A DNA stretch of 64,000 bases from assembly GCA_963758495.1 (NCBI GenBank), contig CAVWVI010000004.1, positions 288,001-352,000 of the forward strand, given 5' to 3'. This DNA is from Oligoflexia bacterium (GTDB lineage: Bacteria > Bdellovibrionota > UBA1018). How positions within the stretch are numbered: position 1 is the stretch's first letter; the number at the start of each line of letters is the position of its first letter. The position numbers and the translations under genes are program-made. Of the stretch, positions 1 to 10,094 are shown piece by piece. Below the pieces are notes generated by a model. The model was given only the letters and a program-made list of their open reading frames with translations. It was not told where the DNA came from and ran no database searches.

Positions 1-829
1 TCTTCAGTACTTTTCTCAAAGGCCGAAGCTCAGTTGAGTTTGGAGACTGGAGGACTCTTTTTTGAGTTTTCGAAGTCGGAGTGGTTTTTAAAACAAGAGG
101 GGCATAATCTCTACAATTCAAAAAATTACCTAAAACAATCGCTTTAACACCCTTTAGACTCCCCGAATGGACCAGTTGTTGAAGCATCCGATCAATTCGA
201 TAGAGGTTTTCATCTACGTCTTCAAAGAATAGGATACAATTCTTGGGCTTTCCCTGAAAAGGGGTCGCAAGGAGGCAGCTCCAAAGAGTCAAATTCCCCC
301 CCACTAATGGGGCCTGAATAGAGGACTTTGGACGCCCGGTCCAAAATGTAAGTTTATTCTTACCCCAAGGAGACGCAACACTCTCCCCACGAATCCATTG
401 AGACATCGCATGCCAATCATTTTTACCCAGTAAACTAAACTTCCTCATGCTAGGCATCGGGGCATGAAGAGTTGCCCAGCCCCAATTTCGACGGACAAAC
501 TCCATCAAAGCTGTACTATCAGAATATCCTATTAATAATTTTTTCGACGGGAATCCTTGACGGAGAGCCATTCGCTCGAGAAGAGGAAGAATACGAACTG
601 CACCATACCCCCCTCTCGCACACCAAATCACGGAGTGTTGTGGACTCTTTGCGTACTCAAAGAATGCATGAGCACGATCTTCATCCGTGCCTGCAAAAAA
701 AAGATAACTTTTCTTACACTGTTCATGAACGTCGACAGAAAAGCCTTCTTGTCTAATTCTCTGAACTCCCAGTTTGAGTTCAATACGAGGAACTTTGGCT
801 GAAGGTGCTACAATTCCAATTTTAAACAA
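1..829 (-). CDS. ldcA: LD-carboxypeptidase, peptidase family S66 (partial; runs off the left edge)
   Basis: Not in the ORF track. Manual translation from TTG at 829 (RBS AGAGGT) gives FKIGIVAPS...WCARGGYG...LIGYSDSTAL...LVGGNL...ILFFEDVDENLYRIDRMLQQL, the S66 motifs; the upstream and downstream motifs are in the same frame. Confidence 0.9.
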   Translation of the reverse strand, partial: MFKIGIVAPSAKVPRIELKLGVQRIRQEGFSVDVHEQCKKSYLFFAGTDEDRAHAFFEYAKSPQHSVIWCARGGYGAVRILPLLERMALRQGFPSKKLLIGYSDSTALMEFVRRNWGWATLHAPMPSMRKFSLLGKNDWHAMSQWIRGESVASPWGKNKLTFWTGRPKSSIQAPLVGGNLTLWSCLLATPFQGKPKNCILFFEDVDENLYRIDRMLQQLVHSGSLKGVKAIVLGNFLNCRDYAPLVLKTTPTSKTQKRVLQSPNSTELRPLRKVLK

Positions 830-866
830 TGAGTACCTCTTTCAATTCGTGAGGCTTTGAAAACGA

Positions 867-1085
867 TTAAATTTTTAAAGACAACCCATTCAGACTCAGA
901 ATAATACCCACAATGACAGACCAACAGAAGGTCAAACAAAGTAATAACATCCCACTCCACCTAACAACAGTACGAATCTTTTGAGATGCTAAACGAAAAA
1001 GAACATCTGGCTGAACCAGAAAAAATGCTGTCATAAAAACCAACACTGATTCAATACCTAGTACAATTAAAACCGAATGAGGCAT
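867..1085 (-). CDS. small membrane protein with two hydrophobic segments
   Basis: 72-aa ORF with RBS AGAAGGA, co-oriented between engB and the S66 gene. Confidence 0.55.
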   Translation of the reverse strand: MPHSVLIVLGIESVLVFMTAFFLVQPDVLFRLASQKIRTVVRWSGMLLLCLTFCWSVIVGIILSLNGLSLKI

Positions 1086-1105
1086 TATTGTATCCTTCTC
1101 TCACT

Positions 1106-1714
1106 TCACTCTTTTGACCTGAGTGTTTGAATGAGCTGTTTCATACCTACTTTGCTTTGGCTGGAAACCCACAATACCGAATCAGCCTCAACTCCTAGTT
1201 TTTCAAGCTCGTGGCCAGCTTCTTTCTGACGCGAAGCTCTCAATGCTTGAGTCTTTAATGTATCTACCTTTGAAAATACTAAGGTAACTGGAATATGGTT
1301 TAAACTCAAGAACTCGATAGCTTTTAGATCTGTATCAGTTGGGCCATGCCGAGAATCCAGTAAAACCACAGCTCTTTCCAAATGACCATCGTTCTCAAAA
1401 TACATTCGAATAAACTCTTCCCAACGGTTTCGTTCTGTCTTAGCTGCTTTTGCGTAGCCATAACCTGGCAAATCGGCAATAATTTTGCCAGCCTCTTTCC
1501 AAAGATAAAAATGCAATGCTCGTGTCTTCCCCGGCTGATTGCTCGTTCGAGCCAGAGTTTGTCCTAAAAGAGCATTAATCATCGAACTCTTTCCCACATT
1601 GGACCGTCCTACCATAGCAATTCTAGGCTCCCGATGACCTTTCAGAAAATCGCCGTTAAAGAGATCTGAAAATTGAGATGGATCTGCTACTGTTATTAAA
1701 AATTTTGATGTCAT
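1106..1714 (-). CDS. engB: ribosome biogenesis GTPase YihA/YsxC
   Basis: GRSNVGKSS (G1), PGKT (G2), DLPGYG (G3), SKVD (G4). Confidence 0.95.
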   Translation of the reverse strand: MTSKFLITVADPSQFSDLFNGDFLKGHREPRIAMVGRSNVGKSSMINALLGQTLARTSNQPGKTRALHFYLWKEAGKIIADLPGYGYAKAAKTERNRWEEFIRMYFENDGHLERAVVLLDSRHGPTDTDLKAIEFLSLNHIPVTLVFSKVDTLKTQALRASRQKEAGHELEKLGVEADSVLWVSSQSKVGMKQLIQTLRSKE

Positions 1715-1898
1715 GGTTTAAATAAGTTCCTCGGCCTTCCAAGTCCATACGTAGCTAATCTGGAGCAAAAATGAACCAAAAAAGAGAAAAATAGAATTCT
1801 CTCAATGAGTGATTCAAACCTTTCATAATTGAATTTACCCTAAAATTTCAACTACATCAGGAATATTTGAATCTCTCCCTACCCTTCACTTTTTTCAT

Positions 1899-1914
1899 TG
1901 GTACAGCCATTGCT
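1899..1914 (+). promoter_or_regulatory. putative sigma-54 (-24/-12) promoter
   Basis: TGGTAC-AGCCA-TTGCT, one mismatch to TGGCAC-N5-TTGCW, 31 bp upstream of the activator ATG. Confidence 0.6.
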
Positions 1915-1945
1915 TTACAGGCCAGTTCAGAAGGAGAAATACTGA

Positions 1946-3235
1946 ATGTCTTGGCAACTTAAAATTCAAGAACCCTCAGGCGAAACCAGAATCGCTCACT
2001 TACAAAGCTCTCAGACCCTCGGAAGAAGTGAGACGTCCAATATCATCTTAAGGGATCCTACGGTAGCCAAAGAAGCTGCACTTCTTTGGTCTGCTGAACC
2101 TCACAAGTCTTCTTCCCCCTTCTGGATCAGGATACTCCCCCTCTCTCCGCCAGGCTTACTCGGTGATTGGTCCGTGCGTGAGGCTTACTTACCCATAGGG
2201 ATTCCTTTTCAAATCGGAGAGACTCGACTCACGCTGGAATCTGTGGCAAGCACCCTTCCTTACCCCACCTTTCCTTCCGGAGTGAGACCTTGGTTAACTT
2301 GTTCCGAATCAGGTCGAAAAATCCTCTGGATGGCCAAAAAAGCAGCAGTCACGCCTCTTGCTCTCTATTTAGAAGGCGAAACCGGCACAGGAAAAGAGGT
2401 TCTCGCTCAATTACTTCACTCATGGAGCGATCGAAAGTCGGGCCCGTTCGTTCCTTTGCATTGCGGCGCACTCCCTCTTTCCCTGGCTGAAAGTGAACTT
2501 TTTGGGCATGTGAAAGGATCTTTTACTGGAGCGGTTAACCATCGAGCCGGAGCCTTAATGCAAGCTCATAGTGGCACTCTATTTTTAGATGAAATCGGTG
2601 ATTTACCCTTAGATATTCAAGTAAAACTTTTACGATTCCTAGAAAATGGAGAAATTCGTCCCGTAGGCGCTGACCGCCCCTCTAAAGCGGACGTTCGCCT
2701 CGTTTGCGCAACTCATCATCCTCTTCAAAAATTAGTAGAAGAAGGAAAATTTAGAAGGGACCTTTATTATAGACTTGCCTCTGTCACTCTCCAGATACCC
2801 ACCCTGCGATCGCGTCTTGAAGACATTGAAATGTTAGCTCGAAAATTTTCGTCTGAACTCAATCATTCGCTTTCTGAGCGAGCGCTTCTTCGACTCAAAG
2901 CCCACGCGTGGCGAGGAAATGTTCGTGAACTTCGTCACGCAATTGAACGTGCTAGCGGCCTTGCGGGAGCATTTACTCCTATTTTACACGAAGAGGCATT
3001 CGAGTTCTTATTGACCTCAGAAAATATAAGACAAACTCCCAGCTTAGAACTAGGCGCTTCCGTATTGAGCTTAAATGAAATGGAAAGAGTCGTTTTATTG
3101 AAGGCACTCAAACTAACACACGGAAATCGCGCTAAAGCTGCTAAAATCCTAGGGGTTGCGAGAAGCACTCTCTTTGAAATGCTGAAACGTCATAAAATTC
3201 TTGGACCTCGAACTCATTGCTTAGAGGTAGCCTAG
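1946..3235 (+). CDS. sigma-54-dependent enhancer-binding protein (degenerate FHA-like N-terminus, AAA+, Fis HTH)
   Basis: GETGTGKE, ESELFGHVKGSFTGA, LFLDEIG, FRRDLYYRL, WRGNVREL and a C-terminal AAKILGVARSTL helix-turn-helix. Confidence 0.92.
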   Translation: MSWQLKIQEPSGETRIAHLQSSQTLGRSETSNIILRDPTVAKEAALLWSAEPHKSSSPFWIRILPLSPPGLLGDWSVREAYLPIGIPFQIGETRLTLESVASTLPYPTFPSGVRPWLTCSESGRKILWMAKKAAVTPLALYLEGETGTGKEVLAQLLHSWSDRKSGPFVPLHCGALPLSLAESELFGHVKGSFTGAVNHRAGALMQAHSGTLFLDEIGDLPLDIQVKLLRFLENGEIRPVGADRPSKADVRLVCATHHPLQKLVEEGKFRRDLYYRLASVTLQIPTLRSRLEDIEMLARKFSSELNHSLSERALLRLKAHAWRGNVRELRHAIERASGLAGAFTPILHEEAFEFLLTSENIRQTPSLELGASVLSLNEMERVVLLKALKLTHGNRAKAAKILGVARSTLFEMLKRHKILGPRTHCLEVA

Positions 3236-3248
3236 AAGTAAGCACTGT

Positions 3249-3944
3249 TTAGTTGATAATGAGTTTTGAAATATAAAGATCACTCACCTTCCCATGAGGC
3301 ATCCATGCATTGAGAATTTTCAAGATCGTTTTTTTAATTCTTTTCTTACCTTCCCTCGACATTAAATCGTCTTTTGATAAGCCTATAAAAGCATGGCTTA
3401 TTTGATCGCGCACTTCAATCAGATGCGATTGAATAAAATTCCGAGTTTCTCGACCGTCACAATAAATGATAATCTCAAGTTCTGCCATATTCGCTATGCC
3501 AGTCCCCATCACCTGCGTAGTGTCTTCTTTTAAGTCTAAAGTAAAGCTTCCAACAGACATCACGCTGGCTCGACGCTCTGCTTCCTCTGAGCGCTTTCGA
3601 ACTAATTCTTCAAAGCGATTTCCAAGTTCCTTAGATTGATGCCGTAACTCACCCCTTTTTGACATCCAATATCGATCTAACGCCAAATAAAATACTGATA
3701 AAATACCAATTAAACTGAAAATAAAAACCGTAGACATTTTTCGAGTGGGTGCATCTATTGAAAAAAGACCGGATAAAATATCCAATAACTTCGATAGATT
3801 AACACTCTTATTTCCAACATATTTTCTAATTTGGGCAATTATTTTCTTAGGATGAAACGAAGAGACTTCACCTGCTTCCTGTTCAGGAGAGGAAGTATCC
3901 AGAGGTGGGGTCTTGGGAGGTGAAGTGATTTGAATTTCAGCCAT
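3249..3944 (-). CDS. fliL: FliL-like flagellar basal-body-associated protein
   Basis: Single TM helix, then EVRDQI...LMSREGKKRIK...ILNAWMPHGKVSDLYI, a FliL-type C-terminus. ATG 3944 preferred over the track start at 3980. Confidence 0.65.
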   Translation of the reverse strand: MAEIQITSPPKTPPLDTSSPEQEAGEVSSFHPKKIIAQIRKYVGNKSVNLSKLLDILSGLFSIDAPTRKMSTVFIFSLIGILSVFYLALDRYWMSKRGELRHQSKELGNRFEELVRKRSEEAERRASVMSVGSFTLDLKEDTTQVMGTGIANMAELEIIIYCDGRETRNFIQSHLIEVRDQISHAFIGLSKDDLMSREGKKRIKKTILKILNAWMPHGKVSDLYISKLIIN

Positions 3945-3976
3945 TTCGTATAGAATAACTGGATAAGCTAAAGGCC

Positions 3977-4005
3977 TCAAGTTCCGAGAGGCTTCTTTCC
4001 GATAA
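3977..4005 (+). promoter_or_regulatory. possible sigma-28 (FliA)-type promoter
   Basis: TCAAG-N16-TCCGATAA resembles TAAAG-N14/15-GCCGATAA; the spacing is slightly long. Confidence 0.3.
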
Positions 4006-4043
4006 ATAACTGATCAACAGGAAAAAATAAGGAGGCTTAAAAA

Positions 4044-4448
4044 GTGAAATTACAAATTCTTTTGGTCATTTTTTTGACCCTTTTAAGTGGTTGTGCTCTT
4101 TTACCCATTGACTCAAACCCTCCTGAGGATCCTATCGTATCCGCAGTCCTCTCTGAACGAGGAATCCTTCCTCAGGAAAAGGACGTGGGTTATTCAACGT
4201 TTCAGCTTCATAAAGAACTTGAAATCCAAAAAGCCCTTGAATCAGGTGAAGTTGTACTTGGTATGAAAATGCAAGATGTCATTTCCGTTTGGGGTGAACC
4301 CAACGATATAGAAATGGCAGGAGATCCTCTCTTAAAGAATCAGAAATGGATCTATAGCGAAAGTCCTTCAAGACAAACGCAACTCAGTTCGGCTCGCATC
4401 GTCTACTTCGAGGAAGGGCAAGTTGCAGGATGGGAAAATGCCCCTTAA
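4044..4448 (+). CDS. lipoprotein with SmpA/BamE-like domain
   Basis: Lipobox LSGC; LGMKMQDVISVWGEP...WIY...VYFEEGQVAGW pattern. Confidence 0.7.
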   Translation: MKLQILLVIFLTLLSGCALLPIDSNPPEDPIVSAVLSERGILPQEKDVGYSTFQLHKELEIQKALESGEVVLGMKMQDVISVWGEPNDIEMAGDPLLKNQKWIYSESPSRQTQLSSARIVYFEEGQVAGWENAP

Positions 4449-4456
4449 GGCCTCGC

Positions 4457-5464
4457 CTAAAAAGACTCTGTAAATACAACTGAGTTTTTATGGCTCTCAA
4501 AACCTTTCGAATATTCAGTCACTCTCTTTTCAAAAAAGTTAGTTAAAGGCTGAACATCTTGAAGAACCATAAATGAAAATGGGTTGCTTTTAAAATAGTG
4601 CTTTCGGTACCCCATTTGCACCAATCTCTGATCAGCAACATATTCCAAATAGTCTCTCATCAACTTGGGGGATAAGCCTGTTACCCCAAAAGAAAGAGCA
4701 TCTTCACAGAACTCCATCTCAACAGTCACAGCCTCTTCCATCATGTTAAGGACTTTTGCCTCTAGTTCTGCATCAAATAAATGAGGATACTCGCTGCGGA
4801 TCTTCTCAATTGCCAGCATCGCACCTTCGATATGTAAGCTCTCGTCGCGAAAAACCCAATTAGTGGCTGTTGCAAGTCCTGGCAAGAGCCCTTTATTTCT
4901 CAGAAAATACACATAAGCAAAAGAACCAAAGAAAAATAATCCTTCTACACACCCTGCAAAACAGATCAAATTCTCAATAAATTGTTTCCGCTTGCTATCA
5001 GAGTCAAGCTTATCTAGATGATGAATCGAGTCCATATACTTAAAGCAAAAATCGGCTTTTCTCTTCACTGAAGGAATGGTTTGATAAGCACCAAACGCTT
5101 CCTTACGCTCATCCATCTCTGGAATATAATTATCGACCAAAAGTAAATAGGTTTCAACGTGAAGCATCTCATCAAAAAGTTGCTTCCCTAAAAACATTCG
5201 ATACTCGGGCGCATTCAAATGTTTATAAAAATTAAGAACCAGATTGTGTGCCACTAAATTATCGGCGGTTGCAAAAAAAGCAACCAACCGCTTAATTAAA
5301 TGCGATTCTTGAGGAGTGAGACGATCTCTCAAATGCTCATAATCTACTGAAAAATCAATTTCATCAGTCGTCCATATATTCTTAATAGAATTTTTATAGA
5401 GCTGAAAAAACTGTGGGTACTTCATGGGACGTAACGTCAGATCAAGTTCGTTATCTAGCAACAT
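4457..5464 (-). CDS. nrdB: class Ia ribonucleotide reductase beta subunit
   Basis: FFATAD, EMLHVETY (radical Tyr present), VEGLFF, RDESLH, NFFEKRVTEY. Confidence 0.95.
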   Translation of the reverse strand: MLLDNELDLTLRPMKYPQFFQLYKNSIKNIWTTDEIDFSVDYEHLRDRLTPQESHLIKRLVAFFATADNLVAHNLVLNFYKHLNAPEYRMFLGKQLFDEMLHVETYLLLVDNYIPEMDERKEAFGAYQTIPSVKRKADFCFKYMDSIHHLDKLDSDSKRKQFIENLICFAGCVEGLFFFGSFAYVYFLRNKGLLPGLATATNWVFRDESLHIEGAMLAIEKIRSEYPHLFDAELEAKVLNMMEEAVTVEMEFCEDALSFGVTGLSPKLMRDYLEYVADQRLVQMGYRKHYFKSNPFSFMVLQDVQPLTNFFEKRVTEYSKGFESHKNSVVFTESF

Positions 5465-5654
5465 TCGAATATCTCCCCACCTAAGTTTTGGTGATGAAAT
5501 GAATCATTAACTCACCTCTCCCGCTGAGAAGGGAGGTAAGCAAATCGTTAAAATATCTTCTTCCTTACCGTCTAAGAATCTCCTGTGTTTATGCAGGAGT
5601 TCTTTAATCATGATTTCCAATCATTCTAAATGATTCTGAACCTGGATCGTTTTA

Positions 5655-8003
5655 CTACTGACAAGATTCGCAAGTCTCCGGATTTTCCAGAGAACAAGTC
5701 ACTGCGGCGGCAACACTTTCTGGAATCACAGCAGCTACTTTTTCTTTTGAACTCTGTTCAACTGTAGTCTTCTTGATTCCCGTTTTTGCTCGGGATCTCA
5801 GATAATAAGTTGTTTTTACACCTTGTTTCCAAGCATACATATACATAGAAGAAAGCTTCCCTACGCTTGGCTCTTCCATAAATAAATTAAGCGATTGTGA
5901 CTGACAGATAAACGCTGATCGCGCAACAGCCATATCAATGAGATCTTTTTGAGAAATTTCCCAAACAGTTTTATAAAGATCTCTAATCTCAATCGGTATC
6001 TCATTTAAGTGTTGAATAGAGCCATCTGCTTCAATGATTCTAGACCTTAATTCTGCATTCCAAAGCCCCGCTCGCTTGAGATCATGAATCAAATACCGAT
6101 TTACTTGGAGGAACTCTCCACTGAGTGTTTCACGCTTAAAAAAATTGGAAATCTGAGGCTCAATACTCTCATAACTTCCAACAATGGAAGCAATTGTTGC
6201 GGTCGGTGCAATTGCAATCAACAAACTATTACGGATACCCGCTTGCCTCACTTGGGTTGCAAGTCGATCCCAATCATAGTGGGTTTCCGGCATCTGTTGC
6301 TGATACTTTCTAGCAAGTTGCACTTGAAGCTCTGCATCTGCATAACGGGATTCCTTAAACTTAGGAAAAGACCCACTTTCTTCTGCCAATTTCATACTCG
6401 TCTGAATAGCATGATAATAAATAGTCTCTGATATCCTTGAAGAAAGTGACTTTGCTTCATTGCTTGTGAATGGAATTCGTAATTTAAACAATGCATCCTG
6501 AAGACCCATAATACCCAGACCTACAGGGCGCCACTTTTGATTGGAAATCTGAGCTTCTGGAGTAGGATAAAAATTCAAATCGACTACACGGTCTAAAAAC
6601 TTCAACGCTGTTGGAACTACTTTTTCTAACCGATCAAAATCAAATTTCTGATCGGCATTAATCATAGCCGCAAGATTAATACTTCCTAAATTGCAGACTG
6701 CAGTTTCGGATTTAGAAGTAACTTCGAGAATTTCAGTACATAGATTAGAACTATGAATGACATTTTCTGGAGCTGCTGTTTGAGCAGATCTTAAATTAGC
6801 CTTATCTTTAAAGCAGATCCAACCATTCCCAGTTTCAGCTAATGATTGTAGCATTTTTGCATACAACGTTCTCGCTGGAATTTGTTTAATCGCTATTTTC
6901 TCTCTCTCATAATGTTCATAATGCTTTTCAAACGCTTCACCAAAAGAATTTTGAAGCTCTACCGCATCGCTCGGAGAAAACAAAGACCACTGTTCATCTT
7001 GGTCCACACGCTTCATGAAAAGATCGGGGATCCACAAGGCCAAATTCAAATTATGAGTTCGACGCTCTTCTGCACCCGTGTTATTTCGGAGATCTAAAAA
7101 TGCTTCAATATCAGCATGCCAAGGCTCAAGATAGACAGCTGCGGCTCCCTTTCGTTTGCCACCCTGATTCACCGCATGAACGGATGAATCAAATACTTTA
7201 AGAAAGGGTATAATACCATTACTCAACCCATTGGTTCCACGGATCAATGCCCCTGAAGAACGAACGGCTGTCCAATCAATTCCAATTCCACCAGAAAATT
7301 TGGATAATTTAGCACAATCCGTAATTGATTTATAAATTCCTTCAAGACTGTCTTCGGGTAAAGTGAGCAAATAACAAGAGCTCATCTGAGGGTGACGAGT
7401 GCCGGAATTAAAAAGAGTAGGAGTTGCCGGCATGTAATAAAATTGACTAATAATATCATAAAAAGCAATTGCTTCCGAAATCGTTTTTGAAAGTCCCATT
7501 GCTACTCTCATAAACAACCATTGTGGACGCTCAATTCTATTACGAGTTTTCGGGTGACGCAGCAGATACCTATCTGAGACTGTCTTTAAGCCAAAATATT
7601 CAAAAAAATCATCCCGCTCATGATGAATCGCATACTCAATCGTTTGAATATCCTCATTGGCCAATTCAGCGACCTGACTACTCAATAAACCTAATTCGAA
7701 AGCATTTTTAATATAGTCTCGAAATGCAGCATCCCGCCCAACCTCTTTGCGAATACTCTCTGACAACATGCGAGCCGCTACTTTGGAGTAATTAGGCTCA
7801 TCCGCCATTAACATGACTGCATTTGAAATGGAAAGATCGTCAAGTTCCTGCGTTGTACTCCCGTCATGAAGCCCATTAATAGTACGCTTCGCGACTTCAA
7901 TACCTTCAACTCTATCCAGTCCCCGACATGCGCGGTTCACTGCATGTAAAATCTTCTCGATTTTTACTTCTTCTTTTGTTCCATCTCTTTTAGTCACGAA
8001 CAT
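5655..8003 (-). CDS. nrdA: class Ia ribonucleotide reductase alpha subunit with ATP cone
   Basis: VTKRDG ATP cone, ATPTLFN, SSCYL, SNLCTEI, CNLGS, APTATI, KTTYY and C-terminal CESCQ. Confidence 0.96.
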   Translation of the reverse strand: MFVTKRDGTKEEVKIEKILHAVNRACRGLDRVEGIEVAKRTINGLHDGSTTQELDDLSISNAVMLMADEPNYSKVAARMLSESIRKEVGRDAAFRDYIKNAFELGLLSSQVAELANEDIQTIEYAIHHERDDFFEYFGLKTVSDRYLLRHPKTRNRIERPQWLFMRVAMGLSKTISEAIAFYDIISQFYYMPATPTLFNSGTRHPQMSSCYLLTLPEDSLEGIYKSITDCAKLSKFSGGIGIDWTAVRSSGALIRGTNGLSNGIIPFLKVFDSSVHAVNQGGKRKGAAAVYLEPWHADIEAFLDLRNNTGAEERRTHNLNLALWIPDLFMKRVDQDEQWSLFSPSDAVELQNSFGEAFEKHYEHYEREKIAIKQIPARTLYAKMLQSLAETGNGWICFKDKANLRSAQTAAPENVIHSSNLCTEILEVTSKSETAVCNLGSINLAAMINADQKFDFDRLEKVVPTALKFLDRVVDLNFYPTPEAQISNQKWRPVGLGIMGLQDALFKLRIPFTSNEAKSLSSRISETIYYHAIQTSMKLAEESGSFPKFKESRYADAELQVQLARKYQQQMPETHYDWDRLATQVRQAGIRNSLLIAIAPTATIASIVGSYESIEPQISNFFKRETLSGEFLQVNRYLIHDLKRAGLWNAELRSRIIEADGSIQHLNEIPIEIRDLYKTVWEISQKDLIDMAVARSAFICQSQSLNLFMEEPSVGKLSSMYMYAWKQGVKTTYYLRSRAKTGIKKTTVEQSSKEKVAAVIPESVAAAVTCSLENPETCESCQ

Positions 8004-8449
8004 GCAAATCAAATCCTCCTTGGATGAGACTGTGTTTTAATTTCCTGAGGGTAGTAGGATGTTTAGTTGGATTTTCACCGAACTTCAGCTCACCACTCAA
8101 ACATTAGCGTCAGTTAAAAGGAAAATACGGTAAGCGAGGCAAGGAAGTCAACCCTTTTGAAAAAGACGTATGAATAGAATTTCAAAAATCCATTACCAGA
8201 GATTTTGGATGCAGTAATGCTGATATTAAAAATAAGTGAGAAGAAAATTTTAGAAATAAAAATACAAAAAACTCTATCTTATTAAAAGATAAAGAAATTA
8301 TTTTTTAGCATAAAGTTTTATTAACGGACTTTCAACAGTATGTTATAGCAGCAAGCGTCACAAGTTAAATCATCAATTCAACTAGTTCACTACCGAACTG
8401 CTTGAATCACGTACGCAATCTGTACGAGTCGTGTTAAGTTGCAAATTAT

Positions 8450-9487
8450 ATGGAAGCCTTCTTTGACTTTGAAAAACCTATCGTTAACCTTGAAAAAAAG
8501 CTCCAAGGCTTAAAAGATCTTGCAACCCAAGAGGGGGTAGACTTTACAAATGAAATCAATATTTTAGAAACTAAAGTTCAAACCCTTATTGATGAAACTT
8601 ATGCAAAACTCAGTCCTTGGCAACGTGTGCAATTATCCAGACACCCCAACCGGCCCTACACTCGAGACTATATTAGTCTCTTATTTCCTGACTTCCTTGA
8701 ACTCCGAGGAGACCGAACTTTTGGTGATGACCAAGCGCTACTGGGTGGAATAGCCACCTGGCCACCTACGCAACCCGGTGGAAGTGAAGAGTCTAAAATA
8801 GCAGCTCACTCTCGCATTCCGATTTTAATTTTAGGACACCAAAAGGGACGTACTACCAAACATAAAATGGAAAGAAACTTCGGCATGGCTAAACCTGAAG
8901 GATATCGCAAAGCGATAAGACTGATGAACTTAGCGCGAAGATCCAAAATGCCAGTTCTCACGTTTATTGATACCCCGGGTGCTTATCCAGGCCTTGAGGC
9001 AGAACAAAGAGGTCAATCTCAGGCAATTGCTGAGAGTATCCACTCTATGTTTGAGCTCACTGCTCCAGTGATGTCAGTAGTCATTGGCGAAGGCGGCTCA
9101 GGAGGTGCTCTGGCTATTGGAGTAGCAAATAAAGTCTTAATGCAAGAATACAGTACTTACTCAGTCATTTCTCCCGAAAGCTGTGCATCCATTTTATGGA
9201 GTGACTCAAGCTTAGCAGAAAGAGCAAGCGAAAAGCTTAAAATGAACCCAACAGAACTGCTCAAATTAGGAATCATTGATGGGATTATTCGAGAAGCCAA
9301 GGGCGGAGCCCATCGTGACTGGGCAGAGTCAGCAAGGCTTTTACGCGTGGCCCTCATGGAGAACGGGGAACCGTTAATGAAACTTTGGAAACAGGACCCT
9401 AAAAAGCTCATATCGAATCGAATTAAAAAATTTAGAACGATGGGCCAAAATGCATTGGCTCATGCTCCAATTACTGCGGGAAGCTAA
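8450..9487 (+). CDS. accA: acetyl-CoA carboxylase carboxyltransferase alpha subunit
   Basis: RHPNRP, GHQKGR, NFGM.KPEGYRKA, IDTPGAYPG, GEGGSGGALA. Confidence 0.97.
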   Translation: MEAFFDFEKPIVNLEKKLQGLKDLATQEGVDFTNEINILETKVQTLIDETYAKLSPWQRVQLSRHPNRPYTRDYISLLFPDFLELRGDRTFGDDQALLGGIATWPPTQPGGSEESKIAAHSRIPILILGHQKGRTTKHKMERNFGMAKPEGYRKAIRLMNLARRSKMPVLTFIDTPGAYPGLEAEQRGQSQAIAESIHSMFELTAPVMSVVIGEGGSGGALAIGVANKVLMQEYSTYSVISPESCASILWSDSSLAERASEKLKMNPTELLKLGIIDGIIREAKGGAHRDWAESARLLRVALMENGEPLMKLWKQDPKKLISNRIKKFRTMGQNALAHAPITAGS

Positions 9488-9497
9488 GAGAAAAACT

Positions 9498-10094
9498 GTG
9501 AATCAGAAACCACCCTACCTCATCGTCATATCAGCCCCTTCTGGGACTGGAAAAACAACTCTTTGTCAGAAATTACTTCAGGACTTTCCTTCACTTACCC
9601 TGTCTATCTCTTCCACAACACGGCCGGCTCGAGGCACTGAAAAGCATGCGGTCGAATATTTATTTCTCGAAAAGAAGGAATTTGAGAAACTGATTCAACA
9701 GAATCGATTCGCAGAATGGGCTTATGTCCATGGAAATTACTATGGAACCTCAAAAGAGACTATAGAAACTGCCTTTGCAGTAGGTAAATCCGTCCTGTTA
9801 GACATTGATGTTCAAGGGGCAGAAAATCTTCATCGATGCTATCCGGATCAATGTTTTAGGATTTTTATTACTCCTCCCAACCTTCAAGAATTAGAAGCTC
9901 GTTTAAAAGCACGAGCAACTGATTCAAACGAAACCATTCAAAAACGCTTAATTAATGCAACGCGCGAAATGAAGGAAGGAGAAAAATTTGATTCAATTAT
10001 TGTAAATGACTCACTGGAAAGGGCATATTCAGAGCTAAAAGCTTTAATTGAAACTCAACTTCACCTTCCATCGAATCAGGAGAAGAATGCCTAA
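9498..10094 (+). CDS. gmk: guanylate kinase
   Basis: SAPSGTGKTT, SSTTRPAR, HGNYYGT, DIDVQGA; probable GTG start at 9498. Confidence 0.95.
   Translation: MNQKPPYLIVISAPSGTGKTTLCQKLLQDFPSLTLSISSTTRPARGTEKHAVEYLFLEKKEFEKLIQQNRFAEWAYVHGNYYGTSKETIETAFAVGKSVLLDIDVQGAENLHRCYPDQCFRIFITPPNLQELEARLKARATDSNETIQKRLINATREMKEGEKFDSIIVNDSLERAYSELKALIETQLHLPSNQEKNA

Noticed and set aside
472..802. Two plus-strand ORFs (94 and 81 aa) in the track
   Set aside because: They are antisense shadows of the S66 peptidase on the minus strand.
4457..8003. Class Ic (Mn/Fe) RNR or intein/intron-containing RNR
   Set aside because: The radical Tyr and the Asp ligand are present, and both ORFs are normal length and uninterrupted.
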